Assembly: GCA_003971905.1 (NCBI GenBank)
Contig: RSEE01000019.1
Span: 744,001 to 782,887 of the forward strand
Length of the DNA: 38,887 nucleotides
Direction: 5' to 3'
DNA from: Moniliella sp. 'wahieum'
Taxonomy: Eukaryota
Part shown: in pieces, positions 23,561 to 35,239 of the stretch
Position numbering within the stretch: the stretch's first letter is position 1
How the letters are laid out: the number at the start of each line of letters is the position of its first letter
Notes under the pieces: generated by a model
Database searches by the model: none
Told to the model about the DNA's origin: nothing
What the model saw: the letters and a program-made list of their open reading frames with translations, nothing else
Position numbers and translations under genes: made by a program

Positions 23561-24329
23561 GTCCCTACCTGTCTCGTGCACGAGCATCACGGCAGGCCGC
23601 ACGATTTGGCACAGCCTCCAGGGAGCGGGCTAGGCAGAGAAGGCAGAGGTGGTGGTGAAAGATGGCAAAAGACCAGGCGGAGGGGGCGGGGTCAACTTAA
23701 CCGGGTCGGGGCGGGCTTGGCGCCAGCTACCGGCTGGGTTCGCCCTCACAGCATCGTTTCCATCGTGCGATTCTCCTCGGACAACGGAAACCACCTCCAT
23801 CGCCTAGACGAACCAATTGCGAGCCATCGCCTGCGCCCCGGCCAAGAAGCACCACTCGGCTTGCGACTCTGGCCACCACCCGCTGCCGCCTCTCGTCCTG
23901 CATCCGGTCCACATCCCGCGCAGTCACCGGATGGACATCCCGCTATGCACCATCACCTCGTGCCCCTGGCCCTTGGGCGTGGATCAGACAAAACGCAGTC
24001 AGGTATGGTGTGGATCTCATGCATTACAGACCGACCGGCCACTGAACGTACGAAGAAAACCGCAGGGAACCTGTGAGCGCTGCCCTAGTCAGAGTCAACC
24101 ATCAAGCAAACACACCTCACAAGCAAAGACAGCAGAGACAAAGGGTCGATGGGCACCCACCGCACCCCGTGCAGCCCACCAGGCCTGGGGGCGCGCCCAG
24201 CCCGCCATGCGGGCTGGCTGCTCTCGGCTCAGCTCTTGCAATCGGCGGCGTGATGATGAGGGGGATGACGAATTGACCTCCTTATCTTGGTGGGCCGAGA
24301 CGCCCTCACAGGCGTCCGGATGGCGCGGT

Positions 24330-25050
24330 TGACAGTTCGAGCCACTTGCACCAAATGTCAGTGCGTAAAGAGGCCCACCACACCGAGTTGAATGGGCTAT
24401 TCTGTAACGAAATGTCCAACCGACGCACAATCTGCCCCACTCTCCCTGAAACATGATTCCCATCTGGGAGAAGAGGGGGGAGGGCTCTAATATGCAGCAG
24501 TCGGATATTGGCCCCAAGCATCATGTTGGGGAGTGGCCAAGTGCAAAGCGATGCCGACCCACTCATCACATCTCTCGCATGAATGAAAAGCGGGTACTGG
24601 CTTGATCCACGTTCTTGCCCTGGTGCTCAGATATTCTTGTTGATCATCCGCATACCCGTGCCTGTACGTCCCGGCCTGTACAGGCGCGCTGGTCAGTACA
24701 TCATACCACAGGAAGTGTGGGTGGGGGTCGTCATCGGACGTGTAAAACCAATAGAGGTAATCACGGGCCCGTGTTGAGTAGGGTGCAGATGTTCGTTTTG
24801 GGCTTTAGTATGATCAAATGCAAGGAAGGTGGCCATTGCTAGCCATTGGCGCTCTTTGGCCGAAGGGGGTGTATGGATCTGGCTCTCAGGTGCATGGAGC
24901 TTTGCTAGTCTTGGCCACCAGCCCCGGAGTACCGTCCGCTGGCACTCGTGCGAGCCTCTTCTGCAGCCCATACAACAGTAGCGTACTTGGAGTAAAGTCA
25001 AAGCTGATCTCAGAATTCTTGCCGACACATTGGGGGTCTACCGTGTGCCG
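24330..25050 (-). mobile_element. Degenerate fragment (E) of CRE-like element, C-terminal endonuclease region
   Basis: Colinear with 30160-30585 (TCTGTAACGAA..CCGACGCACAAT, GTTGAGTAGGG vs ATTGAGTAGGG, TTTAGTATGA). Shares GGTCAGTACAT (WYDVLT) with copies A, B and D. Confidence 0.55.
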
Positions 25051-25094
25051 TCTTTTGCTCTGAATGCGGAGAAGGCACACACTGAACCAGGCGG

Positions 25095-25725
25095 ATGAAG
25101 CGCAGCCGCGCCCCCCGACATGTTCTACACGCCCATCCCGTACAACAGAGCAGCATCGAGCTGCATCTGCTCTTCACCAGCCGTAGAGGCCTTCGCTGCC
25201 GGCGCATCGGCAAGGGGCGTGAAGAATGCCCTGCCTTTGCCAGCACTCCCTGCATTGGCGCCTTAAAGGGCGGCCTGAGCGCGCGCACATTGCCTCTGGA
25301 GCTGCTTCCAGCTAATGTACAATGTCAGCAACTTGGGTTCCAGCAGAAGGGTATGAACACGTACATGCATTACCACCATCAAAGTTGCGGTACTCCATGG
25401 ATGGGCCGCCGTCAAGTTGATTTGTATTCCACCACGCAGCGTGTCGATATCGCTAACCCAGCCGCGCTCTCGATGCCAGTTCGGGTGCTGCATGAACAAG
25501 GATGGGGGGCAAGAAGCGGAGGCAAGGGGCGCGCGCCTCGTGACGCATCCGGTTTGGTGCGCAGCGAGAGGAGGGACACGAGGTGCCGCGACGGTCCCAA
25601 CGTGTTGGCTGGTGGCGAAGAAGCAAAAGCCGCCCAGACGCGACGAGATCAAATCCGGCACGGTGCCAGACGTATAGGCGGCGTGGTCGCACTCAGTGTG
25701 GATGGATACCTGAATTGCGACTGCT
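25095..25725 (-). repeat. Subtelomeric repeat family X, copy 1 (putative coding, unknown product)
   Basis: Homologous to 31120-31640 and 35240-35725; encodes GGIQINLTAAHPW...LLLEPKLLT...KAPMQGVLAKA. Confidence 0.75.
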
Positions 25726-25844
25726 TCGGCGCATCAAGCCAGATGGTTAACCGTCAACCCCGACGGGACCCTCAGCCGGTTGGCCATGCCCACCCCCCCC
25801 ATGAGCCACGCGCTTGCGCGGTTGGCGCAGCCGCGGACGAGTGC

Positions 25845-26060
25845 GAAGCGTGCCTTGCCTTTGCCAATGGTGGTGCCTATGGCCAAGGCACGCAGTGGAG
25901 GTACTCCCTCCTTGGGCGCCTTGCACGCCTGCTGAGGGACGCTGATGTGACAACGGCTGCACGAATGTGGGCGTTCCGACTGCGTCTGGCCAATGCGAAA
26001 TGTCAGCAACTTGGGTCACCTCAGAAGGATATGAACCACGTACAGGTATCCCCACCAGCA
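25845..26060 (-). repeat. Family X copy 2 (partial), just downstream of retroelement copy A
   Basis: GCCTTTGCCAA, GGCGCCTTGC and GTCAGCAACTTGGGT (26002) blocks shared with other X copies. Confidence 0.7.
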
Positions 26061-26189
26061 AAGATGGCGCGCTGGGCCCATCGTGGGTCGGTAAGCGCAA
26101 AAGAAGGGGTGCACCGCGGCGAAGCACATCCCGAAGGACAATCAATAGCGGCACAGTTCTTCATCCTGTTAGCCCCACACCCCCATATC

Positions 26190-28700
26190 TGACCAACATT
26201 CCTTGGGCTTGGGCGAGGCGATCTGCAGATGAGCAGCCCCTGCTTCATGTACCACATCGCGGCAGAAGCCGGTAACGATTCGATCCATGTCTTTATCTTG
26301 CACCTCAAGTTCTTGCAGCGCCTGTCCGTTGTTTCATCTGCAGCACCCCCCCGGTCAACGTTGGGGCGGGCCCTGGCACACCGGCCCCGCCACCATCCGA
26401 GTTGTCGTTGCCTGGCGGGGTGTTTAATCTGGTGCGGGGAATGCCTCTGCAGATAGCGGGACGATCGTTTGCTTATCCCATCGGCTATTCTCCACCATCT
26501 AGCGTATTCGTATCTGTTTAGTGCACTGGTCAGTACATTATACCACAGCAAGGCTTGGGTGGGTTCGTACCTGATGAATAGATAGTGGGTACATTGTGCA
26601 TGACAGTGTGAAAGAGCATTTGCACGTCTGGCACCAAGGCCGTGACAGTAAGGCAGGGGCGAGATAGGCGTGTGGGATCAACAGAAACGGACCGACGAGG
26701 TGCCACATCGCGTCAGGTGTGCCTTGATGGCAGCGTCAATCCTACCTTGGTCGCAACACCACCACGGGGGACAGCAGCGATATGAGCCCCGTCTCATCAG
26801 GGGTACGAGTAGTCCCCCTGCAATGGAAGGCACCATATCCAACCCCACCTTACCAGTAGCTGCGGATAGAACCAACCGGAATGCCACCACTGTTGGCACT
26901 CGAAAGCCTAAGCGACCTATACGGGCTGGCAAGGAGAAAAGAGTTCCGTTCCACTTCTGACCGTCCTCATCGCTCGGGTCCGCTCCCCGGATTGCCTTCA
27001 CCTCGCGCCAGAGCTGCTCGTCGATCAGGTAGAGCTGCTCCGCCAGGTCGTCTGTCCGCATCGAGCGGAGCAGGTGCCGCAGGTTCTGCTGCAGAGCCAC
27101 TCGCAACAAGAGCAAGCGGTCCTGCAGCGGCATCCCGTGCAAGGCGAGGTAAAGCGCTGCCTGTGCCTCCACCTTTGCCTGCAGAAAAGCGAGCCGAGCT
27201 GCTCTGGGACCCACGCACGAGCCGAGGAAGGTGCCGCCCTCCAGACGCAACTTTTGCGTCGAGACAGTCTTCGTCTTGCTCAGGTTGAGTTGCAGCCCCG
27301 TCTTGCTCTGCGCCACGACACGCGAGACCAGCTGCAACGCATTGGCGTTGCGGGACAATACATAAGTGTCGTCCAAATAGGACATCAGCAACCACTCGTC
27401 GCCCAGCGCGCGCTGAGCCTGCTCGAGCATGCTGCGGATGCCGACAAAGAAGAAGGCCCAAAGGGGTCGCCCTGCCTCACTCCCTGCTGGCTCAGGAGGG
27501 TTCCAAAGCCGCCTGCACCACCCAACATCAACTGGGTGCGCTTCCCATAAGCCCACCGGAAGAAAGTAAGGAGCTCGGGCGAATAGTCACTCACCGCTTG
27601 GGCCACCGCTGCCCTCTCGATCGAGTTGAACGCATTCTTAAAGTCCAACGACAGCACATAATTGAACTTGGCCCAAGCCGGGTCCCTCTCATCCCCACTA
27701 ACCAAACGATCCATAAGCCGCACAATCGGCTCCACCCCGCCCTTGGACTTGACGCCCAACTGGGGTGTGGAGCAGAGGAGTAACCACATCCAAATGAAGA
27801 AGAAGTGCCTTGGCAATACGCGGTAAAGTAGCCACCACAGGCGATCGGTCTCACTCCACCGTCAGGCTTCGCAAGTGCTGTCAGCCTACTGGTGCACAAC
27901 AGCTGAGCACCCGGGCACGTCCCATGAAACATGGCACACGCCATGGCTTTGAGAGCCGCTCTAAAGTCATCGTGCTTTAAAGCCAACTGGAGAAGAACCG
28001 ACCATCCGCCCACGTCCCGGGAGAAACTGCTTGCCGCGCGGTAGATGTCCTTATCATCCAACTCCAAAACCATTGGGCGCTCACCGGCGTCTGCCGCTGC
28101 GGTGTCGCCTGTTAAACTAGGCGGGGGCCCGCTCCGACATTTGCCGAACCACCACCAACCAGCGGGTTCTTTGGGCCTGCAGGATGCTTCGCACGCAGGG
28201 CCTCAACCGTTTCCGGCCCAAACCCCACCGCTGCATCCTGGGGACGCAGCGTACGAGCCGCACGCCCCAGCATCCCCTCTTTGACCTGGCGGTGTGCACG
28301 GTCAAATCATCGGAACGCTGGCACTCTGCAGAGCCCGTCTCCATAGTTGGCGGTCAAGCCACCTCCGGATACGCCTTCAGGGTGGCACACACGTCGGCCG
28401 AAGAGCCTCCCCCGCAAACCCGCCTTCGGCCGGGCAAACAGGTTGAACTCGGCGTAATCATCGGGATGATCCAAATACGCTCTTCCCAATCGACCGGCCG
28501 CCTCCTTGAACTGACGCCGCACCGTGTGCTGCCCGGCGGCGAGAGCACAGCGCACTCCACACTGGATCCGAATCGGGACTGCGGAACTGCCGGGTGGTCC
28601 GCTTCGGCTGCCAGATTGGGCTGAGCACAGCCGACACCGGCTGCATGGCGTAGCCCGTGCGCGCCTGAGCTGTTGGTGTTACGCTAGTTCCCACCGGCAT
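26190..28700 (-). mobile_element. CRE-clade (Cnl1/MoTeR/SLACS-like) non-LTR retrotransposon, most complete copy (A): RT, Zn knuckle and REL-type endonuclease region
   Basis: LRAKHPAG, LTALAKPDGGVRPIACG, QLGVKSKGGVEPIVR, LSLDFKNAFNSIER, QQGVRQGDPFGP, MSYLDDTY, FLGSCVG, LQQNLRHLLRS, LPARIGRLG, then WCQTC...HAQC and a REL-like tail. Frameshifted; may extend to ~28930. Confidence 0.9.
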
Positions 28701-28949
28701 AGTTCACGCGTATCACGGAAGGGGGCCACATGATTCGCCACGACCTCCAGACGGCGGGCAAGGCGGAGGAGAAGGTGGCGGTGGAAATGTGGAGAAGGAA
28801 TAAGTTGTCCATTGCCCGCCCCTCTCCATTCAAGAGTGCCTTGGACACATTCGTAGCCAAAGTAGCGCACGCAGTCCAGAACCTTCTGCGAATACACTCT
28901 TCTAGTCTTGCATTCTTCTACCAAAGTACCATAGTCCGACTCCTAGGCT

Positions 28950-29975
28950 GTGGTTTTGCAACGTGGTGAAAAAAACAGGGAAATCAAGCAAAGCACCTTG
29001 ATCCATGTCTTACAGGGGTGGCGCGTTTGGATGCAGTGATCCTTATACCTTAGCTTGCACAGCGGATGTGTAACCACAGGTGGAGTCACCCGCAGCGAAG
29101 ACCAAGGGAACAGAGCTACGCACTCGTTGCACAAGGATTGTACGCTGGTGCTTTTTTTTGGCCTCTATGTCGAACAAGGTGTTCATCTCCTTACACAGCG
29201 CGTGTGCCTCAGGACGGCGGCGAGCGGATGGCAAATACGACGTAAAATAGGCGCCGCGCGTCTTGTCTCCGAAGGTCGAAGGGGTTAGGCCGTTGGATAT
29301 GGATGGGCTCTTTGGAGCACCTGCGTTTGCCATCGCGATCTCAGTGCGGGTGATAGTGGCGTAGCAGCGCCCGACTCGCTGAGTGTTGTTGAATGGCTCG
29401 GGCTCTACCATAGTGGCCAGAATGTCCCGCAACCCAGTCATGACCCCGTGGCCAGGAATGTGGACGCTGGATTTGAGGGCACCACCGACCTCCAGCTGGG
29501 ATCGAGCGCTTCTGCTTTCTCATCAGCCAGGAGCCGAGCGATGTAGTCACAGGAGGCAGCAGCTTCGTATCCTGGCAGGCGAGCAAAACCGTCGTCGTTT
29601 CCTTGTGCCATGACGAGGGGCGGGCTCGAATGCCTCTCGTTGGCTGCCGATCACCCCCTGGTGCACCCATACGTTCGCCTCGCTGCCCAAGTCGATGCGT
29701 TGGCCTGTGGAGCAAAGCCAAGAGGAGAGAGCAAGACTGATCTGCCCAAAGCGACGGACATCGGGATGCCAACTTGGTCCTACCATTGACCGACCACATT
29801 GCCCCGATTGTCGCCCCGGTGACTTGCCTGGTGCCGTTGCTGCTCACCTACCCAGGGGAGTTTGGCCTGTGCCAGATACGTTTTCTCCGTCTCGAGCGAA
29901 ACAGATGGCGGAGGGGTTGCTGCAAGCACGAACCGCAAAATGAACAACCAGTGGGGCAACTGGAGGGATTTCAGG
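28950..29975 (-). mobile_element. 5'-truncated diverged CRE-like copy (C): RT C-terminus plus REL region
   Basis: CLQQPLRHLFRS (cf. LQQNLRHLLRS in copy A), then GHD, VEPEP, EAKKKH and VPLVFAAG, matching the REL endonuclease layout. Confidence 0.65.
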
Positions 29976-29989
29976 CAGGGGTAGCGAGT

Positions 29990-30940
29990 GGTTTGACCGC
30001 ATTGTTGACTCGCAAGAGCATCAGTCAGGTGATACAATCCCCAATGCAGAAGTCCAGGCTCTTGGCACGTTGCGTTTGCACACCTTGCACATTGTGTTTT
30101 TAAGTCGAGCCACGTTACACATTGGAACCTTTTCTTGTTCACTCGGGCCCTTCGCCTCGATCGCCTTCTGTAACGAATGTCTAGCCGACGCACAATTTGC
30201 CGCACTATCCCTTGGACTTGGTTCCCATTTGGGATTAGAGGGGAGAGGGTACTCGAATATGCAGGATATTGGAGCCAAGACGAGACGGAGCTTGGAGGCA
30301 TACGACTTGGCGGCTTCAATAGGAACCATTAACATCTCCCACATATATAAATGAAAGCGGGCACTGGTTTGATCCATGTGGTTGCACTAGTGCTCGGACA
30401 CTCTTGATGATCCATCTCCGTCTGCATACCTGTACGTTCCGGCCTGCACAAGCGCGTCGGTCAGTACATCATACCAGATGAAGTGTGAGTGGGGTCGTCG
30501 TCGTACATGTACAACAGTGGAGAGAATCATGGCCCTGGTATTGAGTAGGGTCGTGCGGATAATTGTTTTCGTCTTTAGTATGAATGACGCTGATGGTCGG
30601 CGGCAGTAAGGTTGTGATGAGGAATGCGTTCGCTGTGCGGAACGGCTTGTGCGTCGTGGAGGTCATTGCGGCCAGCACCGGGAGTGAGTTGGGGAAGAGC
30701 TTGGGGCTGCTGCTGGGACCAGGCCGAGAGTTCGACCCATTTTCGATCAGTTTTGGGCGGGATCAATGCGGGTTCCATATTAAGGAACACCCAGTCATAC
30801 TGGGTCAGGACCTGGCCGGTCTGTGCGGGCAGCGGAGGCGTGGGGGGCGCGACTTCGGGAGGGGAGAACAAAGAGACGCAATGGGGTCACAGCCCTGCTG
30901 CGAGTTCCGAGCAAAAGAGGCGAGGTGGAGGATTCATTTT
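29990..30940 (-). mobile_element. 5'-truncated CRE-like copy (D)
   Basis: EVAP, TTLLP and WYDVLTDAL segments; homologous to fragment E; GGTCAGTACAT at 30459. Confidence 0.55.
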
Positions 30941-31640
30941 GGCACGCTTGGGTTGGGTGTGTCGCCAGTCCCCTGACCAACAAGCGTGTCGAGCCAGGCA
31001 GTCACATCCATGATCAGTACCCAATCGAGTGAGGCTCATCGACACTATCCAATCCCGTCTCTCATCCTCTTCAGGGATCCAACAAGGGTAATGAGAGCAG
31101 CCACCCCCCCCGGACCTGCTCTACGCACCCGCCCCAACACAGCAGCATCGAGCAGGATCTGATCTTCGCCAGCCGTAGAGGCCTTCCCTGCTGGCACATC
31201 CGCAGGAGGCGGGAACCGTGCCTTTGCCAATATTCCCTGCATTGGCGCCTTGCGCAACTGGCTGGGGGACGTGGGTTAGGTTAGGGTTAGGGTTAGGGTG
31301 CGCACACATTGCTTCTGGTGCTCCGTCCAGCTAAGGTGAAACGTCAGCAACTTGGGTTCCAGCAGAAGGAAATGGACACGTACAGGCATCACCACCATCA
31401 AAGGTATGGCATCCCATGGGTGGGTCATCTCCAGGTTAATTTGCATTCCACCGCTGCGCATCGTGTCGAGCTCGGTAACGCAACCGCCTTCTCGCAGCCA
31501 GTTCGGGTACTGCATCGACAAGGATGGACAGCAAAAAGCGGTGCCCAGGGGCGTGCCCCCCCGTGAGCATGCATCCGGCTTGGCGGGTAGCGCAAGGATG
31601 AAGGAAGCAAGGACACGAGGCATAGCAGATTCCCAGCGTG
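30940..31640 (-). repeat. Family X copy 3, containing an internal telomere tract
   Basis: GGMQINLEMTHPW...LLLEPKLLT...KAPMQGILAKA...GSLKRM; homologous to 25095-25560 and 33170-33860. Confidence 0.78.
31273..31299 (+). repeat. Interstitial telomeric repeat GGG-TTAGG-(TTAGGG)3-T
   Basis: Read directly; same orientation as the terminal tract. Confidence 0.93.
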
Positions 31641-33169
31641 TTGGTCGTGGAGAGGCAAACCGGTCCCAAACGCAGCCAGGCCAGAATTGGCGCGGGGCCA
31701 GGCTTGGGCGGTGTGGCGGCGGCCAATGTGGAGGAACTTCTGCGCGCCAAGCGAGCGGCAAACGCACGTTAAACGTTAACCCCGCGGCGGCAGCCCTTTC
31801 CGCGCGTCCCGCGCAGAGGCGGCCGATTGCGGCCGATTGCGGGGCTGCTTGGCTTGCGTCCGCCGCCGCCTTTTGTGGTTGCGGCCACGAATATCACAAC
31901 CCAGCCCCCCTTCCCCTGTCATGAGCAGCAGCTCTGTGGACTTGCACTGCAGCAGGGAGCGCTGCCCACGCGGCAAGGCACCCGCCGTGTTGGCCAGGCA
32001 CAGGTCGCTTCCACGCAGGCCTGGTGCACAGCTGCTGAAGCAGGCGCGTGGAGCGCGTCGGACACTGGTTGCGCACGTCCCTTGCTGCGCAAAGCCCAAC
32101 CCGCGCCTTCCGTACAACAGAGGGGAGAGCAGTGCGCGCACTTGCCTTGCGAGGGCGGCGTCAAGCGAGCAGTGCTTGCACTTTCACCCCGCGTCCGCGT
32201 CGCATGCGGTGGATAAGAGGCATTGATGCAACCAGTTTCCTTGGGCTAGTACGCTCGTCCCAATTACTGCTGGTACTGTGTTCGGTCTGCGTGGGTTGTC
32301 AGTATTTCGCACCACAAGAGAGTACAAGAGAGCAGGGGCAACGTACCATCACCACAATGTGAGCCAGCAAGCTTGGTCGAAACGAATGTGCACATCAAGT
32401 GTTGCAGATAAACCGCCCATATCGGCAGCAGCTATCCTATCGTTGGTAACTGCGGAGACATCGCACCACATTTGTAGGGCATGGACAACGTTTACAGCCT
32501 GCACGCAAACAGTACCAGGGCTCATGAAGCTGCGCGCTGCACTGGAAGAATAGCGGAACCAGTCCCCAACATTGCAGTCACCACGCGGCCGTTTGGTGGC
32601 GAATGATGTTCCTTGGGCGCTGGGTTCAGAGGCGTCTGTGTGGCGGGATCGCTGCGATATATGTCGGGGAGTCGCAATGAATAGATGGACATGTTTGGGT
32701 CTCCCGGGATGCAATGCCAGCAACGAGTTCCCCAAGATGATGTGCCTTAGATGTGCACGTAACGCACGAGCAAGCACGAGCAAGACAGCTTAGATCGACT
32801 CGGGACAAAATAGTCAGGAGGCCATTAAGCCAGACCAGGTTGACGGGATGGCATACCCACCGCCTTGCTTCTTTTGGTTAGGACCTGCGGTACACATGCG
32901 CTCGCGGGAACAGTGATTGTTGCGGGACAGATAGAACGAGACAATTCGAGCGACTAACTGGACCGCCGCTCCAACGACGACTGCCGCGATGACAGCCGCT
33001 GTCTTTGCATGCACAAGGGCATGACGCAGAGGCCGTACCAGGAGCTCGCCGTGTGGGTACCCGGCCCAGCAGCACCGGGGGCCGAAGACAGGGGAGGGGA
33101 ACGAGGAAATGTAAATGATAAGGGAGGCGAATGATCAGGGAGTGGCAGACAGAAGATGCGAGGCTGAGA

Positions 33170-33870
33170 ATTCACTCCGACACGGCTTGGGTTTGGGGGT
33201 GGTCGACAGCCCACCCGAACGGCAAGCGCGGTGGACCAAGCGTCGCATCAATCCTCAATATCCAATCGAGAGTGAGGCTCATTGACGCTAACCACACCAT
33301 CTGCATCCTCTTCAGGGGTCCGAGATGCGGCGCCCATCATCCCCCTAAATGGTCATGACAGGCCGGGTCTCGTGCTCGGGAAGCGACAGAACTGCGGCTG
33401 GGCAGGCCTGCTCGGTCAGCAACGCGTTCTCTGGGAGCAGGCAAGCCTGTCGCCGCCGACCCCCATCTTCTTTCGTAGTGCTGTGACTGTGCCAAAGGCA
33501 ACGCACTGCGGCCGCTCGTCCCCCGCACCCGTTCTCCACGTCTGTACCGGCCCCGCATAACAAAACAGCATCGAACAGCACTTGCTCCTCGATAGCAACT
33601 CGATGGCTCCTTGTCGGCGGAAGCGCAGGGAGTGCGAAGCCGGACTTGCTCGGCTTGTGGTGCAGCGCCGATAGCCAACAGGGCAGCGCCGTGTCGGCGT
33701 ACCCTCATTGGCACGCTGAATGACTGGCTGCGGGGCGTTGACGTGACGAGTTGCAGGGCTGCATGATGCGTCCGGCCGATTGCCTCCGGTGCTGCGCTTA
33801 GCCGATATATATGTCAGCAACTTGGGTTACAACAGAAGCACAAGGACCACGTACAAGCATCGACATCCAC
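33170..33870 (-). repeat. Family X copy 4
   Basis: CCAATCGAG..GTGAGGCTCAT..CATCCTCTTCAGGG shared with 31020-31078; ACAGCATCGA; GTCAGCAACTTGGGT at 33813. Confidence 0.72.
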
Positions 33871-33989
33871 ACCAAGAAAGTTGGCGCGCTGGGCCCATCC
33901 TGGATCGGTAATCCCTGAGAGAAGTGTGCATCGCGACCATGCACATCATGAGGGACGATCAGTAGGACCAATTCTTTTCATCCTGTTGG

Positions 33990-34900
33990 TCTCATACCAC
34001 CAGGCCGCCCCCCATTCCTCAGGCGTGAGCGAAACCATCTCCGGATGCGCGTCTCCTTCTTCATCGATACAACGACGCGGTATAAGCTGGCAATGGTTTG
34101 GTTCGCGTCTTTATAATGAACCTCAAGCTCTCTTGCAAAGCGTGCCCATTGTGTTCATTGGGGACGATCCCAGGCCAGGTGGACGGCGGGACCTGGCAAC
34201 CCCCCCGCCACCATCCGAGGTTGCCGCTGCCCGTCGTGACGTTTAATTTGGTGCGAAGGGACGCCTCTGCAGATGGCGGGCTGACCACTTACTTGCTTCC
34301 ATCGGCTATTCGGCTCCGGCAGGCATATTTGTACCTGTTTAGCGAGCTGGTCAGTACATCGCCGCAGAGCAAGACATGGGTGCTTTCGTACCAGAGTAAC
34401 ACATAGTCGGTAGAGCGGTATCAACGCCGCGCAAGACAGCGTAAAAAGGATTCGCACGTCTAGCAATTCGGCGTGGCCGTAAGGCCGAAAGGAAGGTGGC
34501 GGCGCGATAGGCTTTTGCGAATGTAACGCAACAGAAGCAGAAGAACGAGATGCCACACCGCGTCACAGTGTTCCTTGATGGAAGCGTAACCCCCGTCTTG
34601 GTCGCAACACCCACCATGGGGGACATGAACGATACGAGCCCAGCCTCGCTCGTCGATGGAGGAAGCAGCGGTACGTGCAGCCTCACAGCAATGGAGGGCC
34701 CGATATCCAATCCCACCTTACCAGCGCAACTGCTAGCAAAAGGGAATGTTGTCATTGCTGGCACCCGCGTTGCAAAGGTAAAGCTCATACCCATGCCAGG
34801 AATACTCCAAAGGTTGATGTGGCAAAAACTTGTTGCTTCACCCTACTCCGACGAGCCCAAACGCACGCACAACTGTTCAGAGGTAATGGGTCCACTTCTC
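33990..34900 (-). mobile_element. 5'-truncated copy (B) of the same retroelement family as A
   Basis: GKVGLDIGPSIA vs GKVGLDMVPSIA in copy A; CTTGGTCGCAACAC, GGTCAGTACAT, CATCGGCTATTC and CCCCGCCACCATCCGAG blocks colinear with 26380-26900. Confidence 0.8.
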
Positions 34901-35239
34901 CTGGGCACGACAGTTGCCCTCGAGCCGGTTTGTGGAAAATGGTTACTCATGGGAACCCAAGCACGGCCGATTTGGGGGGACAACTAAAATCGATACAAGC
35001 GGGCTGTCGGCGCTCCATCGCGGAGTGAGGTTGGCGCGCTGCCGTTGGGCAATGTGGCAAGCAACGCAAATGGGAGGGCGGCAAATACCAGCAAATGAAT
35101 CATCCGCGAGTGGTGCTGCGTTTGGTTGGGGCGCTGCTGGCTCTGAGAGATGTGCATGATGCATGTTGCTGCCCAGCAAAGGGAAGAGGGCGATCCATAC
35201 TGCCGCCCTCGTTGCCACCACACGCACAGTCCAGCTGTC

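Noticed and set aside
25095..26192. 365-aa plus-strand ORF spanning two X copies
   Set aside because: Substitutions between X copies look more conservative on the minus strand, so this is probably an antisense frame (not formally tested).
32349..32783. Possible telomere-linked RecQ helicase remnant (LFIATP; also VIVSPL near 37840)
   Set aside because: No Walker A, DExH or other helicase motifs at the expected spacing.
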